Counted from the first letter of the stretch, positions 17,710 through 26,432 are shown. The stretch: 32,045 bases of DNA from a virus (IMGVR_UViG_3300012808_000031:1-32045); one strand, 5' to 3'. Made by a program: numbers and translations. The notes: a model not told the origin generated them from the sequence alone.

Positions 17710-17913
17710 TCAGTTGGCGGTTGAGACCGATGCGATGGCGCGAAGCTGTTCGCTGGTCAGGGAGCGTATGTGCTCGCCCTCGTCTCTCTGACTCACAGGA
17801 TCACTGATGATCGACCAGTGAACCTGTCCTCCATCTTTCTCAGAAATCAGCCGGGTACGCCGCCCATATCGATCCTTGCCGATGTCGTATTCCACTTTCG
17901 TCGGCTGCATCAT
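17710..17913 (-). CDS. Hypothetical 67-aa protein
   Basis: ATGA-coupled to the upstream gene and followed by a terminator. Confidence 0.6.
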   Translation of the reverse strand: MMQPTKVEYDIGKDRYGRRTRLISEKDGGQVHWSIISDPVSQRDEGEHIRSLTSEQLRAIASVSTAN

Positions 17914-18191
17914 GCCGGCTCATAGGTAGCGGCGAAGATGTCCGGTTTGCAGGGATAGATTTCGCCTTGAACACCCTTGATGATCCAGTCGCCTTCGGTC
18001 GCAACGTGCTTTGCGCGTCCGTCGGACCCATCCTCAAGCGTGACGATATCCACCTCGGCCTTGGCGCTCGGATGGCGGGACTTTCGAATATTGCGAAGAT
18101 GATCTCCGCCGAAAGCAATCAGCTCATCGGTCGGCGGATAGGTGAATTGTACCGCTTCGATCTCGACTGGCTTCTTTCGAAACTGCGGCAT
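17910..18191 (-). CDS. Conserved small phage protein, candidate Acb4-like nucleotide sponge
   Basis: FRKKPVEIEAVQF...TLE...GDWIIKGVQGEIYPCKPDIFAATYE family signature; GGAGAG RBS; the function is tentative. Confidence 0.7.
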   Translation of the reverse strand: MPQFRKKPVEIEAVQFTYPPTDELIAFGGDHLRNIRKSRHPSAKAEVDIVTLEDGSDGRAKHVATEGDWIIKGVQGEIYPCKPDIFAATYEPA

Positions 18192-18204
18192 TGCTCTCTC
18201 CACG

Positions 18205-18235
18205 AAAAAGCCCGCCTCGGAATGTCGGGCGGGCT
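18205..18235 (-). terminator. Terminator-like hairpin
   Basis: AGCCCGCC...GGCGGGCT-TTTT on the - strand. Confidence 0.6.
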
Positions 18236-18281
18236 GGTCAGATTGACGAATTGATCATTATCTTGATGGTCACGCAAAGAG

Positions 18282-19511
18282 ATGAAGATGCCGACAAATA
18301 AGCGTCAACACTACGTTCCGAAGCACATGCTCAAGCGGTTCGCTGCCGACGCTGAGGGCAAGCGGGTGAACTTGCTCCACATTTCCACTCAGAAGACCGT
18401 CCGTGGGGCGTCCCTGAGAGAGCAGTGCTATAAGGACTACTTTTACGGCACCAACCTAGAAATCGAACGCAATTTATCTCTCATTGAAGGGTCGCAATCT
18501 CTTCTAGTTGAAGAGATCATCGCCTCCGCAACAATCAATCCATTCAGAACTGCCGACATTGCGCTTCTGTTTGCGCTGCAACGAGCTCGGACCCTCCGTT
18601 CTGAGAACGAAACCAGCGGAGTGATGAATGCCTTGATGAAATTGGCGATGTACGGCCGTATCGATGCCGACGTTTTGCGCAACGTCAAAATCAGCCTTAC
18701 GCATGGACCAAACCTCAATGTCACTACAGCGCTGCGCATGAGCCCCATACTATACGACTTGAAGCAGATTCTGCTTGTGAACCGCTCAAAGACGCCTTTC
18801 GTGATATCCGACAGCCCGGTCGTTACAACTAACTGGTTCTGCCGAACCCGCTACCCCGATAAGGGGCCGACCGGATTCTCGTTATCAGGCCTGCAGATGT
18901 TTATGCCGCTCACGCCAACACTTGCGTTGGTCCTGCTCGACTCTGGCGTCTATTCGACCGAGGCAGTGCACTGCAAAATGGTGTTGCACAAGTCATCTGA
19001 CATTGAGCATCTGAACACGCTGCAATGGCTAAATGCCCTTAACACCGTCTATTTCCCATCGACTACATCTGATGTGGAGCTTGATCGCCTCAAGGCTGTT
19101 CCTCGAGAAGGCGACCTCTATCACATAGAGAGACTCGAACAGGTGGAGCAAACCAAGGCCTACAGAAAATCTGGCAAGGGTGAATACGATCCCCCCTCTG
19201 ATGGAGTGACATCAGAAATAGTGCGATTTGCAGCCCCGCCATTGCCGCTTGACGTCAGATTTTCTGGACTGCGTATCCGCAAAAAGCCTTCGTTCTACGA
19301 CGACGGCACGATGGCCTCTCCAATACGAGACCCATTCTGGGTTGAGATCATCCGGGATTTCGACCGAGCTGTGGAAGCTAAGGCCGTAGCCTTTGGACAA
19401 CTCGCGGACTTTATAGAGACGCATCCGCTCGAGCCCGCTATCGGAAAATGGAGAAAGAACGCCGCCCTTCGCGCCAGGCGGGCTAGGCCAGGCCCACTAG
19501 GCGGCACGTGA
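18282..19511 (+). CDS. DUF4238-domain protein
   Basis: N-terminal KRQHYVP..L..F, plus FVISDSPV and FMPLTP motifs; opposite strand to the late operon. Confidence 0.85.
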   Translation: MKMPTNKRQHYVPKHMLKRFAADAEGKRVNLLHISTQKTVRGASLREQCYKDYFYGTNLEIERNLSLIEGSQSLLVEEIIASATINPFRTADIALLFALQRARTLRSENETSGVMNALMKLAMYGRIDADVLRNVKISLTHGPNLNVTTALRMSPILYDLKQILLVNRSKTPFVISDSPVVTTNWFCRTRYPDKGPTGFSLSGLQMFMPLTPTLALVLLDSGVYSTEAVHCKMVLHKSSDIEHLNTLQWLNALNTVYFPSTTSDVELDRLKAVPREGDLYHIERLEQVEQTKAYRKSGKGEYDPPSDGVTSEIVRFAAPPLPLDVRFSGLRIRKKPSFYDDGTMASPIRDPFWVEIIRDFDRAVEAKAVAFGQLADFIETHPLEPAIGKWRKNAALRARRARPGPLGGT

Positions 19512-19627
19512 CTGAATGCAAATGCTGCTCTTGCCTGCCGACTGATGGCTAGAGTGTCTACTTAATCAACCTTCTTACTTCGCCCCGCGCGCGGTCCGTT
19601 AGCACAGACCCATTGCTTGTTCCGGCC

Positions 19628-21013
19628 TTACGATAAAATCGGCGCCGGCAGAACATTCCGCCTATCTTCCTCACTGCCGAACCGTTCCTCGTCCACCAGT
19701 GCAAGCTCGTCCTCGGCCGACCGCTCCGCGCTGGCTATCTCGCCACGTTGTAGCCGATCGTACAATGTCGAGTAACTGATAGCGCCTTCTTGCCAGACGC
19801 GAACCAATGCCTCGGCATCAGTCGCAGACAGGCTCGCATCGATAAAATTCAAGTTCGGTTTGACAACGATCTGGGCTGGATCTTCCCCGATCATTACAGC
19901 AATGTGCCGCAATGCCCGTTCAAGGCCTTGAGCGCTCGACTGAGCAATGGTCGTCAGCGTCGCCGTCTCAGCGGCAAATCGAATGCGCAGAGCATCGCCG
20001 CTCTCTGCCGACTTCTGCTCGCTGCTGAACAAGCGTGCGCCGGCCTGTGCCGCTGCTGCCCGTTCGTCCTGAATAGCCGTTCGGTGAGCACCAATACCAG
20101 TGCCCGCCGGGCCAACGTATTTCACATCAGGCGTACCGGCATTGTCGCCCTGCTGAATGGCTATGACGGCCCCTGCCCCAACGGCAGAAGGCGCATCGCC
20201 ATTGATTACAACGAGCGTCTCCTGGCCGGTCATGAAGAGTTGCCAGCGATAGTCGGCACTGAGCTGGTAGAGCGCGATAGACGATCGTCCCACCCCCATC
20301 AACGGCGGAAGCTCCGGCGGCAATGAAAGGTCGCGGGCGCCAATGACCACGAATGGGATTTCGGTCAGGGCGGCATTGCCCCGGCCCGTTGGATTGATTG
20401 CCTCGCCTGCAGTCCGCTCAGTGCCGGTGTAGGTCTGAACCGTGTATCGTCCGTCGAGCATTTCCAGCACGCGGAAGCGCTGTTGCTGTTCCCATCGGAA
20501 GCCCTCGCGCTTCAGCCCGCTCTCATCGAGAACGAACATAGAGCGGTCATCGGCCCAATTGATCAATGCCTCGGCGGAATAGCCCGCAAGCCAAGGCAAA
20601 TCGCTGCCCTCTGTCGCCGCATCGGCCAACAGAGCATAGCGGCCAGTTGTCAGAAGCTCCGCAGTGATCCGGCGATGCAATGCTTCGAGTGGAAGGCCGT
20701 CTTTGGTTGCCTTCTCCCAAAGCGGCTCCATCGCCTTGGGCATTTCGATCTGTGCTTCTGTGCGATGGATCACACCGACCATGCCGTGGATCGTCGGCTG
20801 GACGATCTCCGGGAACTGAGCTCGCTTCTGATAGGCGGCATAAAGGGCCCGGCCGCCGTCAGCCTGGGCTTTGAAGCCTGAAGGCTGAGGGAGGTATTCT
20901 TCGCCCGCCGCCTTTACATCACCCTCGCCGCCCGACGTGTCGCGCATAAGGCGCCACTGGTCAGCCCGCGCGGTATACTCCGGGTGTTTTGTCGAGACGT
21001 CATCGGCCATCAA
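19628..21013 (-). CDS. Portal protein (DUF4055 family)
   Basis: HPEY....W..MRD, YLP.P, Y..RA.F, EALINW, IPFVVIG, AESG.AL motifs; follows TerL. Confidence 0.9.
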   Translation of the reverse strand: MMADDVSTKHPEYTARADQWRLMRDTSGGEGDVKAAGEEYLPQPSGFKAQADGGRALYAAYQKRAQFPEIVQPTIHGMVGVIHRTEAQIEMPKAMEPLWEKATKDGLPLEALHRRITAELLTTGRYALLADAATEGSDLPWLAGYSAEALINWADDRSMFVLDESGLKREGFRWEQQQRFRVLEMLDGRYTVQTYTGTERTAGEAINPTGRGNAALTEIPFVVIGARDLSLPPELPPLMGVGRSSIALYQLSADYRWQLFMTGQETLVVINGDAPSAVGAGAVIAIQQGDNAGTPDVKYVGPAGTGIGAHRTAIQDERAAAAQAGARLFSSEQKSAESGDALRIRFAAETATLTTIAQSSAQGLERALRHIAVMIGEDPAQIVVKPNLNFIDASLSATDAEALVRVWQEGAISYSTLYDRLQRGEIASAERSAEDELALVDEERFGSEEDRRNVLPAPILS

Positions 21014-22257
21014 ATCAGTCCCGTAACCGTAGTGGATTTAGTCTCGCTCGAACGTGGCTTCACGATCGGGAACTTGTAGGCAATGAAGTAGCCAGCTGCG
21101 TCGATGACGTGATCTAGGCCCGCTGATTTGTCGGGCTCGCCGTTCTTGTCGTAAGCCTGCTTTTCCAGCCCCTCGACCAATGCCGGGCAGGTATCGACAT
21201 TGATGCCGACGCCCTCGACCTTCAGCAGCTTGTTGACCGAAAGCACCCTATCTTTGACGGCCGGATTGGCGGGATTGACGCAGACGGTGAACCCCGCCTG
21301 CTTGAGCAATGCAATGTCACTCTGACTGGCGCCGTTGGACTTTCGATTGTTGCCCGAGGCGTCTGGGTAAACGAAAATCTTGTGGCCAGGGTGTCGCGAT
21401 TTTATCAGCGCTACCATTGCCGGCGTGTCGAGCACGTCGGTGTATTCCAGCGCCGCATGCGGCGCGCCGTCTCGCATGACAAAGACCACGGCCGCCATGT
21501 GCTGGACGTTGAAGTCCATACCAATGTGCAGCGCGTCGTCCGCCTTGATCGTTTCCGTCGTGTTGTGCCGGCGTCGATCAAATGCCGGGTAGACCGACCC
21601 GCTTGTCAGGTTGACGAATTCGCCATCGAGATAAGCCGCCAGCAAATTGCTTGGATAGCTGTCCCTCAGACTATCAATATAGCCGGCCGGCAGGTTCTTG
21701 GCGTTCGAGTAGGTCGACGCCTTGATGATCCGGTATCCCTTAGCTGGGCTGCGCTGCCAGCGCTCATAGACGAACCGGAAGCCCTCCGGCGTCGTCGCCA
21801 CAGCAACCGTATTCAGCGACCCGTCCGGCTTCTTTTGCCGGTTTCGGCCCAATATCTTGTTCCAGACCTCCCGAGCCTTTTCCGTGGGCAGAGTGTCGAG
21901 CTCGTCAACGATACTGTCCGCCACCTCATAGGCAATGATGCGTTCCGGCGTGTCCATCGTGCGAAAGATGACGTTTCCGTAGTTGCCGACCTCGATCACT
22001 GCGTCTGTCTTGTTGAGCGTGTAGCTCAACCGCATTGTGGCCAGCATTTCCTCAAAGCGAGGAAAGGCCATGCGGCGAATCAAGTCGTAAGTCGGCAGGT
22101 AGTACGCAACGTCCTGGCCCGGGTACTGCAGCTTGCGCGCTAGGGCACGGTTGATGCCAGCGTGGGTCTTTCCCGATCCGAAGCCCGCTACAAACGCGGG
22201 AAACTGCTCCTCTGCGGTGACGAACTCAAACTGCGGTCGGCTCAGAGCTATTTTCAT
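21010..22257 (-). CDS. terL: Terminase large subunit
   Basis: Walker A AGFGSGKT, Walker B IVDE, TTPEG, and nuclease motifs GMDFN and DHVIDA. Confidence 0.95.
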   Translation of the reverse strand: MKIALSRPQFEFVTAEEQFPAFVAGFGSGKTHAGINRALARKLQYPGQDVAYYLPTYDLIRRMAFPRFEEMLATMRLSYTLNKTDAVIEVGNYGNVIFRTMDTPERIIAYEVADSIVDELDTLPTEKAREVWNKILGRNRQKKPDGSLNTVAVATTPEGFRFVYERWQRSPAKGYRIIKASTYSNAKNLPAGYIDSLRDSYPSNLLAAYLDGEFVNLTSGSVYPAFDRRRHNTTETIKADDALHIGMDFNVQHMAAVVFVMRDGAPHAALEYTDVLDTPAMVALIKSRHPGHKIFVYPDASGNNRKSNGASQSDIALLKQAGFTVCVNPANPAVKDRVLSVNKLLKVEGVGINVDTCPALVEGLEKQAYDKNGEPDKSAGLDHVIDAAGYFIAYKFPIVKPRSSETKSTTVTGLI

Positions 22258-22693
22258 CGACCACGAACTGGATTAACGGGGGCTGCAATGGTGCGCCGCC
22301 CTTCCCTGTCAGCTCCCTCCGGTTCGTGTAGCTGTCGCCTACTTCCTTGGCGGCTTGTTCCATGAGGTTGGCTGCAAGGACCATGTTGCCCTGCGTTTCG
22401 GCTTTCTCTGCCATGCGCTGCAATGCCCGAAGGCGGACGGCGCGATGGCTGATGGCGATCTGGCTTGTGTCTTCGAGGAAGGCCTTTCGGGTTTCCTCGA
22501 ACAGAGCTTTCCAGCGTTCAGCCAGACTGGCGCCGGCTTTCTTGTTGGGGTCGTAGCCCTCGACGGCTTGGCGCGTGATCTCCTCGCCATATTCCTTCTT
22601 GACCGCTGCAACCACTGTTGAAGGGCTATCGAAGCAGGCGAGGCTTTGAACGACGAACGTTTGGACCTCTACCGAGAGCTTGCCTTTTGCCAT
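22226..22693 (-). CDS. Putative terminase small subunit (DUF2280)
   Basis: FVVQSLACFDSPS, YDP.K.AG, EQAAKEVG..YTNR motifs; overlaps the TerL start. Confidence 0.85.
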   Translation of the reverse strand: MAKGKLSVEVQTFVVQSLACFDSPSTVVAAVKKEYGEEITRQAVEGYDPNKKAGASLAERWKALFEETRKAFLEDTSQIAISHRAVRLRALQRMAEKAETQGNMVLAANLMEQAAKEVGDSYTNRRELTGKGGAPLQPPLIQFVVDENSSEPTAV

Positions 22694-22725
22694 TGGTATG
22701 TCAGGCTCCGGTCAGGGAGGACGAA

Positions 22726-22935
22726 ATGATCAACACTGGCAAATGCCCAAAATGCGATGCACGCCTCAGCTCTATAAAAGTGGAGTCGATTAACTTGCAG
22801 GAGACGCCAAGCAAGAGTTGGAAGGGGGCAAGCTATGTATGCCCGAACTGCAGTGCCATCTTGGGCGTAGAGATGGACCCAACGGCACTGAGATTAGCCA
22901 TCTCGGCTGATGTCAAAAGGCTTATGAGCCGCTAA
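22726..22935 (+). CDS. Small zinc-ribbon protein (moron)
   Basis: CPKC...CPNC; GGAGG RBS before ATG 22726. Confidence 0.7.
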   Translation: MINTGKCPKCDARLSSIKVESINLQETPSKSWKGASYVCPNCSAILGVEMDPTALRLAISADVKRLMSR

Positions 22936-23555
22936 GCAACCCGTAACCGGCAGGTTCCGCATGCCTGAGCAATCTTCACGTCTGCAATCTCAGGCTTTGC
23001 GTTTGCCGCATCGACCATAGCCTGAACGCCGGCAGCACCAGCACCATATCGGCGCACAACCCCGACGAACTGCTCAACGTCATGGCCTCTCATGCCGAAC
23101 ACAGGGCGGCCGGTCTGCTGGTTGAATCGCGGAGCGCCAAAGTCGTCCAACTGCTGGGCACAGTGATAGAGCTCATGTTCGACCAAGGCGCATGCCTCAG
23201 CGTCACTGGCTTGCATCCACCAGTGGGCGTCGAGAGTGATGAGGAAGTCCGGCACCATGCCGAACCAATCCATCACCTGGCGCTCTGCTCTGGCCTTGCT
23301 CCACTTGCCCATGGCGCCTTGGGGTAGGCCGGGCTCCGCCATGCCAATGACACGCATGCCGCGTTTGGAATTCTCTACGTTCGTCCACAATGCGCCGAGA
23401 TTAGCATTCTGGAGATGGCTGTGCTCCGGGTTCTCGATGGTCGCGCCTTCACTGATGAACGTTGAACGCGCCCACTCGACAATATCCAACGCCGGGATGA
23501 ACTGGTCTCCAGCTTCGATCTCGAAGATATCCGCTGGCGGCATTGGCCTGTTCAT
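22932..23555 (-). CDS. Phage putative metallopeptidase
   Basis: HELYH (HExxH) and HDVEQF motifs; upstream of TerS. Confidence 0.88.
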   Translation of the reverse strand: MNRPMPPADIFEIEAGDQFIPALDIVEWARSTFISEGATIENPEHSHLQNANLGALWTNVENSKRGMRVIGMAEPGLPQGAMGKWSKARAERQVMDWFGMVPDFLITLDAHWWMQASDAEACALVEHELYHCAQQLDDFGAPRFNQQTGRPVFGMRGHDVEQFVGVVRRYGAGAAGVQAMVDAANAKPEIADVKIAQACGTCRLRVA

Positions 23556-23591
23556 GCCACGCTCTCATGTCTTGGGTTGGGGAGAATGGGC

Positions 23592-23825
23592 ATGGCTACG
23601 GTTTTTAACTGGCTCGCTGTAATCGGATGGCTCTTGTCTAGCGGCGCATGGGTGTGGGCGGCTCAGGTGAAGATCGAGAAGTTCATTCCTGGCACCACAA
23701 TTCAATCCAAGCCATTCAACGACTATTTCCAGGCTTCTGCGCTTCGCAACACGATTGCCGGCGCGGTGAGTGGTGTAGCAGCGCTCTTCTCAGCAATCGC
23801 CCTAGCATTCCAAGCCATGCCATGA
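23592..23825 (+). CDS. Small two-TM membrane protein (moron)
   Basis: Two hydrophobic helices; GGGAG RBS; start uncertain. Confidence 0.6.
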   Translation: MATVFNWLAVIGWLLSSGAWVWAAQVKIEKFIPGTTIQSKPFNDYFQASALRNTIAGAVSGVAALFSAIALAFQAMP

Positions 23826-23888
23826 TGCTCGACCATTGTTCCGGCCTTCCACCGGATTGACGCAAGAGAACCGTGCGCTGCGGGATTG

Positions 23889-24335
23889 CTAAATTTCCCA
23901 TCTCGCCGCGAGGTACTTCATAGCCAACGCTACATGCCTTGGTATGGTCGTGCCCGCCCGGTAGCCCGTGATTGCTCTACGAGACAGCCCGAGCAGTGAG
24001 CCTAACGCCTCAGCGTTCAAATGCATGTCCGCCTGGAGACTGCGAAAATCTGCAGCGCTCATTTCTGGGTGCGGCAGGCGAGAAACGGCCCGCGCTGAAA
24101 CCGAGCAACCGTTAGGCCAAGTGAGCCTTGATCCATCATCTGAAACGCCAACGGAACGGAAGACAGCACTATCAACGCGAAGCGGTGCAAGAGAGCTTTG
24201 GTTCAGAATGATAGGCTCTAGATCCTTCAGCTCGGCCACGCCATCAGCCCAAGTTATTCTGACCAGAAACCCGGCGATATGAGCTGCCGCCTTTAGCCTA
24301 GATGGCTGCTCTCCGATTAGAACTACTGGCTGCAT
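23889..24335 (-). CDS. DUF2442 + HTH protein (antitoxin-like)
   Basis: ITWADG....DL...F..V.V..DG..LTW (DUF2442) followed by the HTH ALGSLLGLSRRAITGY...IPRHVALA; GGGAG RBS. Confidence 0.78.
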   Translation of the reverse strand: MQPVVLIGEQPSRLKAAAHIAGFLVRITWADGVAELKDLEPIILNQSSLAPLRVDSAVFRSVGVSDDGSRLTWPNGCSVSARAVSRLPHPEMSAADFRSLQADMHLNAEALGSLLGLSRRAITGYRAGTTIPRHVALAMKYLAARWEI

Positions 24336-24408
24336 GCACTTTCGCTCCCACTCTTTGCAGAGTGGCCGAGACGCACCGAGGTAGTCAATTGGCGAAACCT
24401 GATCATCG

Positions 24409-24433
24409 AACTTGTAAGCACTCTTTACAAGTT
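24409..24433. promoter_or_regulatory. Candidate operator
   Basis: Perfect AACTTGTAA-N7-TTACAAGTT about 75 bp upstream of the DUF2442-HTH gene. Confidence 0.55.
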
Positions 24434-24486
24434 GGGTGAACAGGCCGACCCCGCTGAGCGGATCGACCGAGATCAACCTATTCTGG

Positions 24487-24771
24487 CTATGCCGCCATTC
24501 GGCCGGGGTCGAAGTGGCCGGAAGAGAAATCAGCATGGGTGCGCAAGCGGTCAATGAAGGCGAGGAAGCGACTGCGCAGTTTGGGCAGGATGGCGACGGG
24601 CGCAACCAGGCGGTCGAGTTCGAGGGTTTCGCGGGCGGTCGGCTGGTAAAGCTCGGTTGCGGCGCGACCGATAGCTGAGACGACATTGTGGGTGACGTCA
24701 CCGATGTAGGCGACGGCGGCAAGACAGGCGGCGAAGGCAATACTGAACAGGCGGAGCACATAGCGAGCCAT
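24487..24771 (-). CDS. Small protein with an N-terminal hydrophobic helix; probably first gene of the late transcript
   Basis: AAAGGA RBS; MARYVLRLFSIAFAACLAAVAYIG... Confidence 0.65.
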   Translation of the reverse strand: MARYVLRLFSIAFAACLAAVAYIGDVTHNVVSAIGRAATELYQPTARETLELDRLVAPVAILPKLRSRFLAFIDRLRTHADFSSGHFDPGRMAA

Positions 24772-24809
24772 TGGGTAGTCCTTTCGATGTGGGGATATCT
24801 GCGGACATG

Positions 24810-24905
24810 AAAAAAGCCGCCTCGTTTCCGGGGCGGCTATCGCTTGATACGGCAGTATCAACGTCGCATTACGTGCATTTACAACTGATTTGCCGGATCA
24901 GTCAA
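24810..24905 (-). promoter_or_regulatory. Putative late promoter with leader terminator (pR'/tR'-like)
   Basis: TTGACT(24905-24900)-N17-GTAAAT, then hairpin TTGATAC/GTATCAA and a GC hairpin plus T run at 24838-24810. Confidence 0.5.
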
Positions 24906-24912
24906 CGCCTCA

Positions 24913-25755
24913 TCAGACGCAGCGGAGATTATCGCTCCCTGGAACCAATCCCTCAGTCTCAACGACGCGATATGAATAGTAGTTGTCATAGTGCGAGTTG
25001 TCTGGATTGCCATAGATCCGGGACTCGAAGGCCCAAAGCCCATCGCTCTTTCTGCGGCCCGAAACGCAAAGCTCCACCTCATCGGGCCGTGTGGGCGCTT
25101 GGATTGCCCAGTACTTGGTCTCGCCCTGCGCGATTAGACCAGTCTCGTGCACATAGACAATGCTCGGGTTCTGTCGGTCCCTAGCGATGATATCGACATT
25201 GTCGAAAACGAAAGCACTCGGATTGTTCATTGTGAGCATCACTTGAGCCTTCTCACCGTCCATACTTATTTCCAGCCTCTCGGTGACCAACCAGTGGCCG
25301 GCTGCGTCCTTCAAGAACTCAGTGCGATCAGAGATGACGTCTACTGCGGCTGCCGTTTCCTCAACGACCAAGGCAACCTGCTCGACCTTGGCATCAACCA
25401 CACCGAGCTGCGCCTGCAGGCTTTCGATCTCCGGATAAGCAGCGGCAATTACCCCGCCCTGATCGCTCAATCTCGACGACAACTGAGAGAAGCCGTAAAC
25501 TGCAACGCCAAGGATCGCACACGAGACGGCAAATGCGGCCGGAGAGAAATCCTGGGCCATGCGTGGCATCGCTCTGCGCGCAACGCCGGAAATCCACGGC
25601 GCCTTGAAAAACACTACGGCCGCAATACCAAGCGCCAATAGGCTGTAAGCCAACATTTCAGCGACGAACGTGTCCCTCATGATGTCGGAAAATGCCGTGA
25701 CGCCGGACACGAGTGCCAGCAATGCAGGCCATGTGTAAGATTGGATAGTTTTCAT
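24913..25755 (-). CDS. Accessory membrane protein (N-terminal TMs, coiled coil, beta-rich C-domain)
   Basis: 280 aa; three hydrophobic segments, heptad stretch IESLQAQLGVVDAKV; G-rich RBS. Confidence 0.75.
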   Translation of the reverse strand: MKTIQSYTWPALLALVSGVTAFSDIMRDTFVAEMLAYSLLALGIAAVVFFKAPWISGVARRAMPRMAQDFSPAAFAVSCAILGVAVYGFSQLSSRLSDQGGVIAAAYPEIESLQAQLGVVDAKVEQVALVVEETAAAVDVISDRTEFLKDAAGHWLVTERLEISMDGEKAQVMLTMNNPSAFVFDNVDIIARDRQNPSIVYVHETGLIAQGETKYWAIQAPTRPDEVELCVSGRRKSDGLWAFESRIYGNPDNSHYDNYYSYRVVETEGLVPGSDNLRCV

Positions 25756-25835
25756 CTCGATGCCCCCAAAGACACCGAGATGGGTAATAACTGCGGGTTA
25801 AATCCGAGTGGAGACAGAAGGTTAAGTGTTTCCTT

Positions 25836-26414
25836 TTAAGCGGCCACTTGCGCTATGCGCGACGGCTTGGCGATCATTCCCAAATGATGTCCGATGGCAT
25901 TTAGCGCCAACCGAAGATCGCCAATCATGTGCGGAATCTGCTCATCACGCTCAAGTAGATAGTTCACCGCTGCAAACATATTTGCACCACGGTTCTCGTG
26001 GAATCCCTGCTCCGTTTGGATAGCCAGCTTGATCGCCTCGAATTTAGCTACTGCACGCTGACACCACTGGTCATATCCAGCACCCTCAGCCCCGCTGGCA
26101 CCACCGCTGCCGGTGGCGAGCGCATTGGGCGACTTCACCGCCTTCTGGAAGTTCTGACGGGCTTCCAAGTATGCCTGAGCGGCTTCATATTGGTCCTGTG
26201 AAATGCCATCGGTCGATTTGCGATGACCAGCCAGGCACAGCCGCCCGATATAGGTCGCGGCCTTCTGATCCCGAGCCTCCTTCTCCGTCAGCCCGAAAAC
26301 ACGCATCCGCAGTGCAATCGCATCGGCATTTTCATTGTACGCACCCTTGGCTCGGCTGATGGCGCCGGACTTCGTGCGCTTGACGCCTGCTTTTCTTGGA
26401 CGGCCTTTTGCCAT
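25836..26414 (-). CDS. Basic phage protein, putative late-gene regulator
   Basis: Last gene of the replication operon; basic N-terminus GRPRKAG; function inferred from position only. Confidence 0.7.
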   Translation of the reverse strand: MAKGRPRKAGVKRTKSGAISRAKGAYNENADAIALRMRVFGLTEKEARDQKAATYIGRLCLAGHRKSTDGISQDQYEAAQAYLEARQNFQKAVKSPNALATGSGGASGAEGAGYDQWCQRAVAKFEAIKLAIQTEQGFHENRGANMFAAVNYLLERDEQIPHMIGDLRLALNAIGHHLGMIAKPSRIAQVAA

Positions 26415-26432
26415 TGTGTTCTGCCTCTTGGG

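Noticed and set aside
21382-22143. 253-aa + strand ORF considered as a hidden capsid gene
   Set aside because: Entirely antisense to TerL with no capsid-like features
24336-24761. N-terminal extension of the 290-aa ORF 23889..24761
   Set aside because: Low-complexity Ser/Pro sequence overlapping a better ORF (24487..24771) in another frame; a good RBS supports a start at 24335
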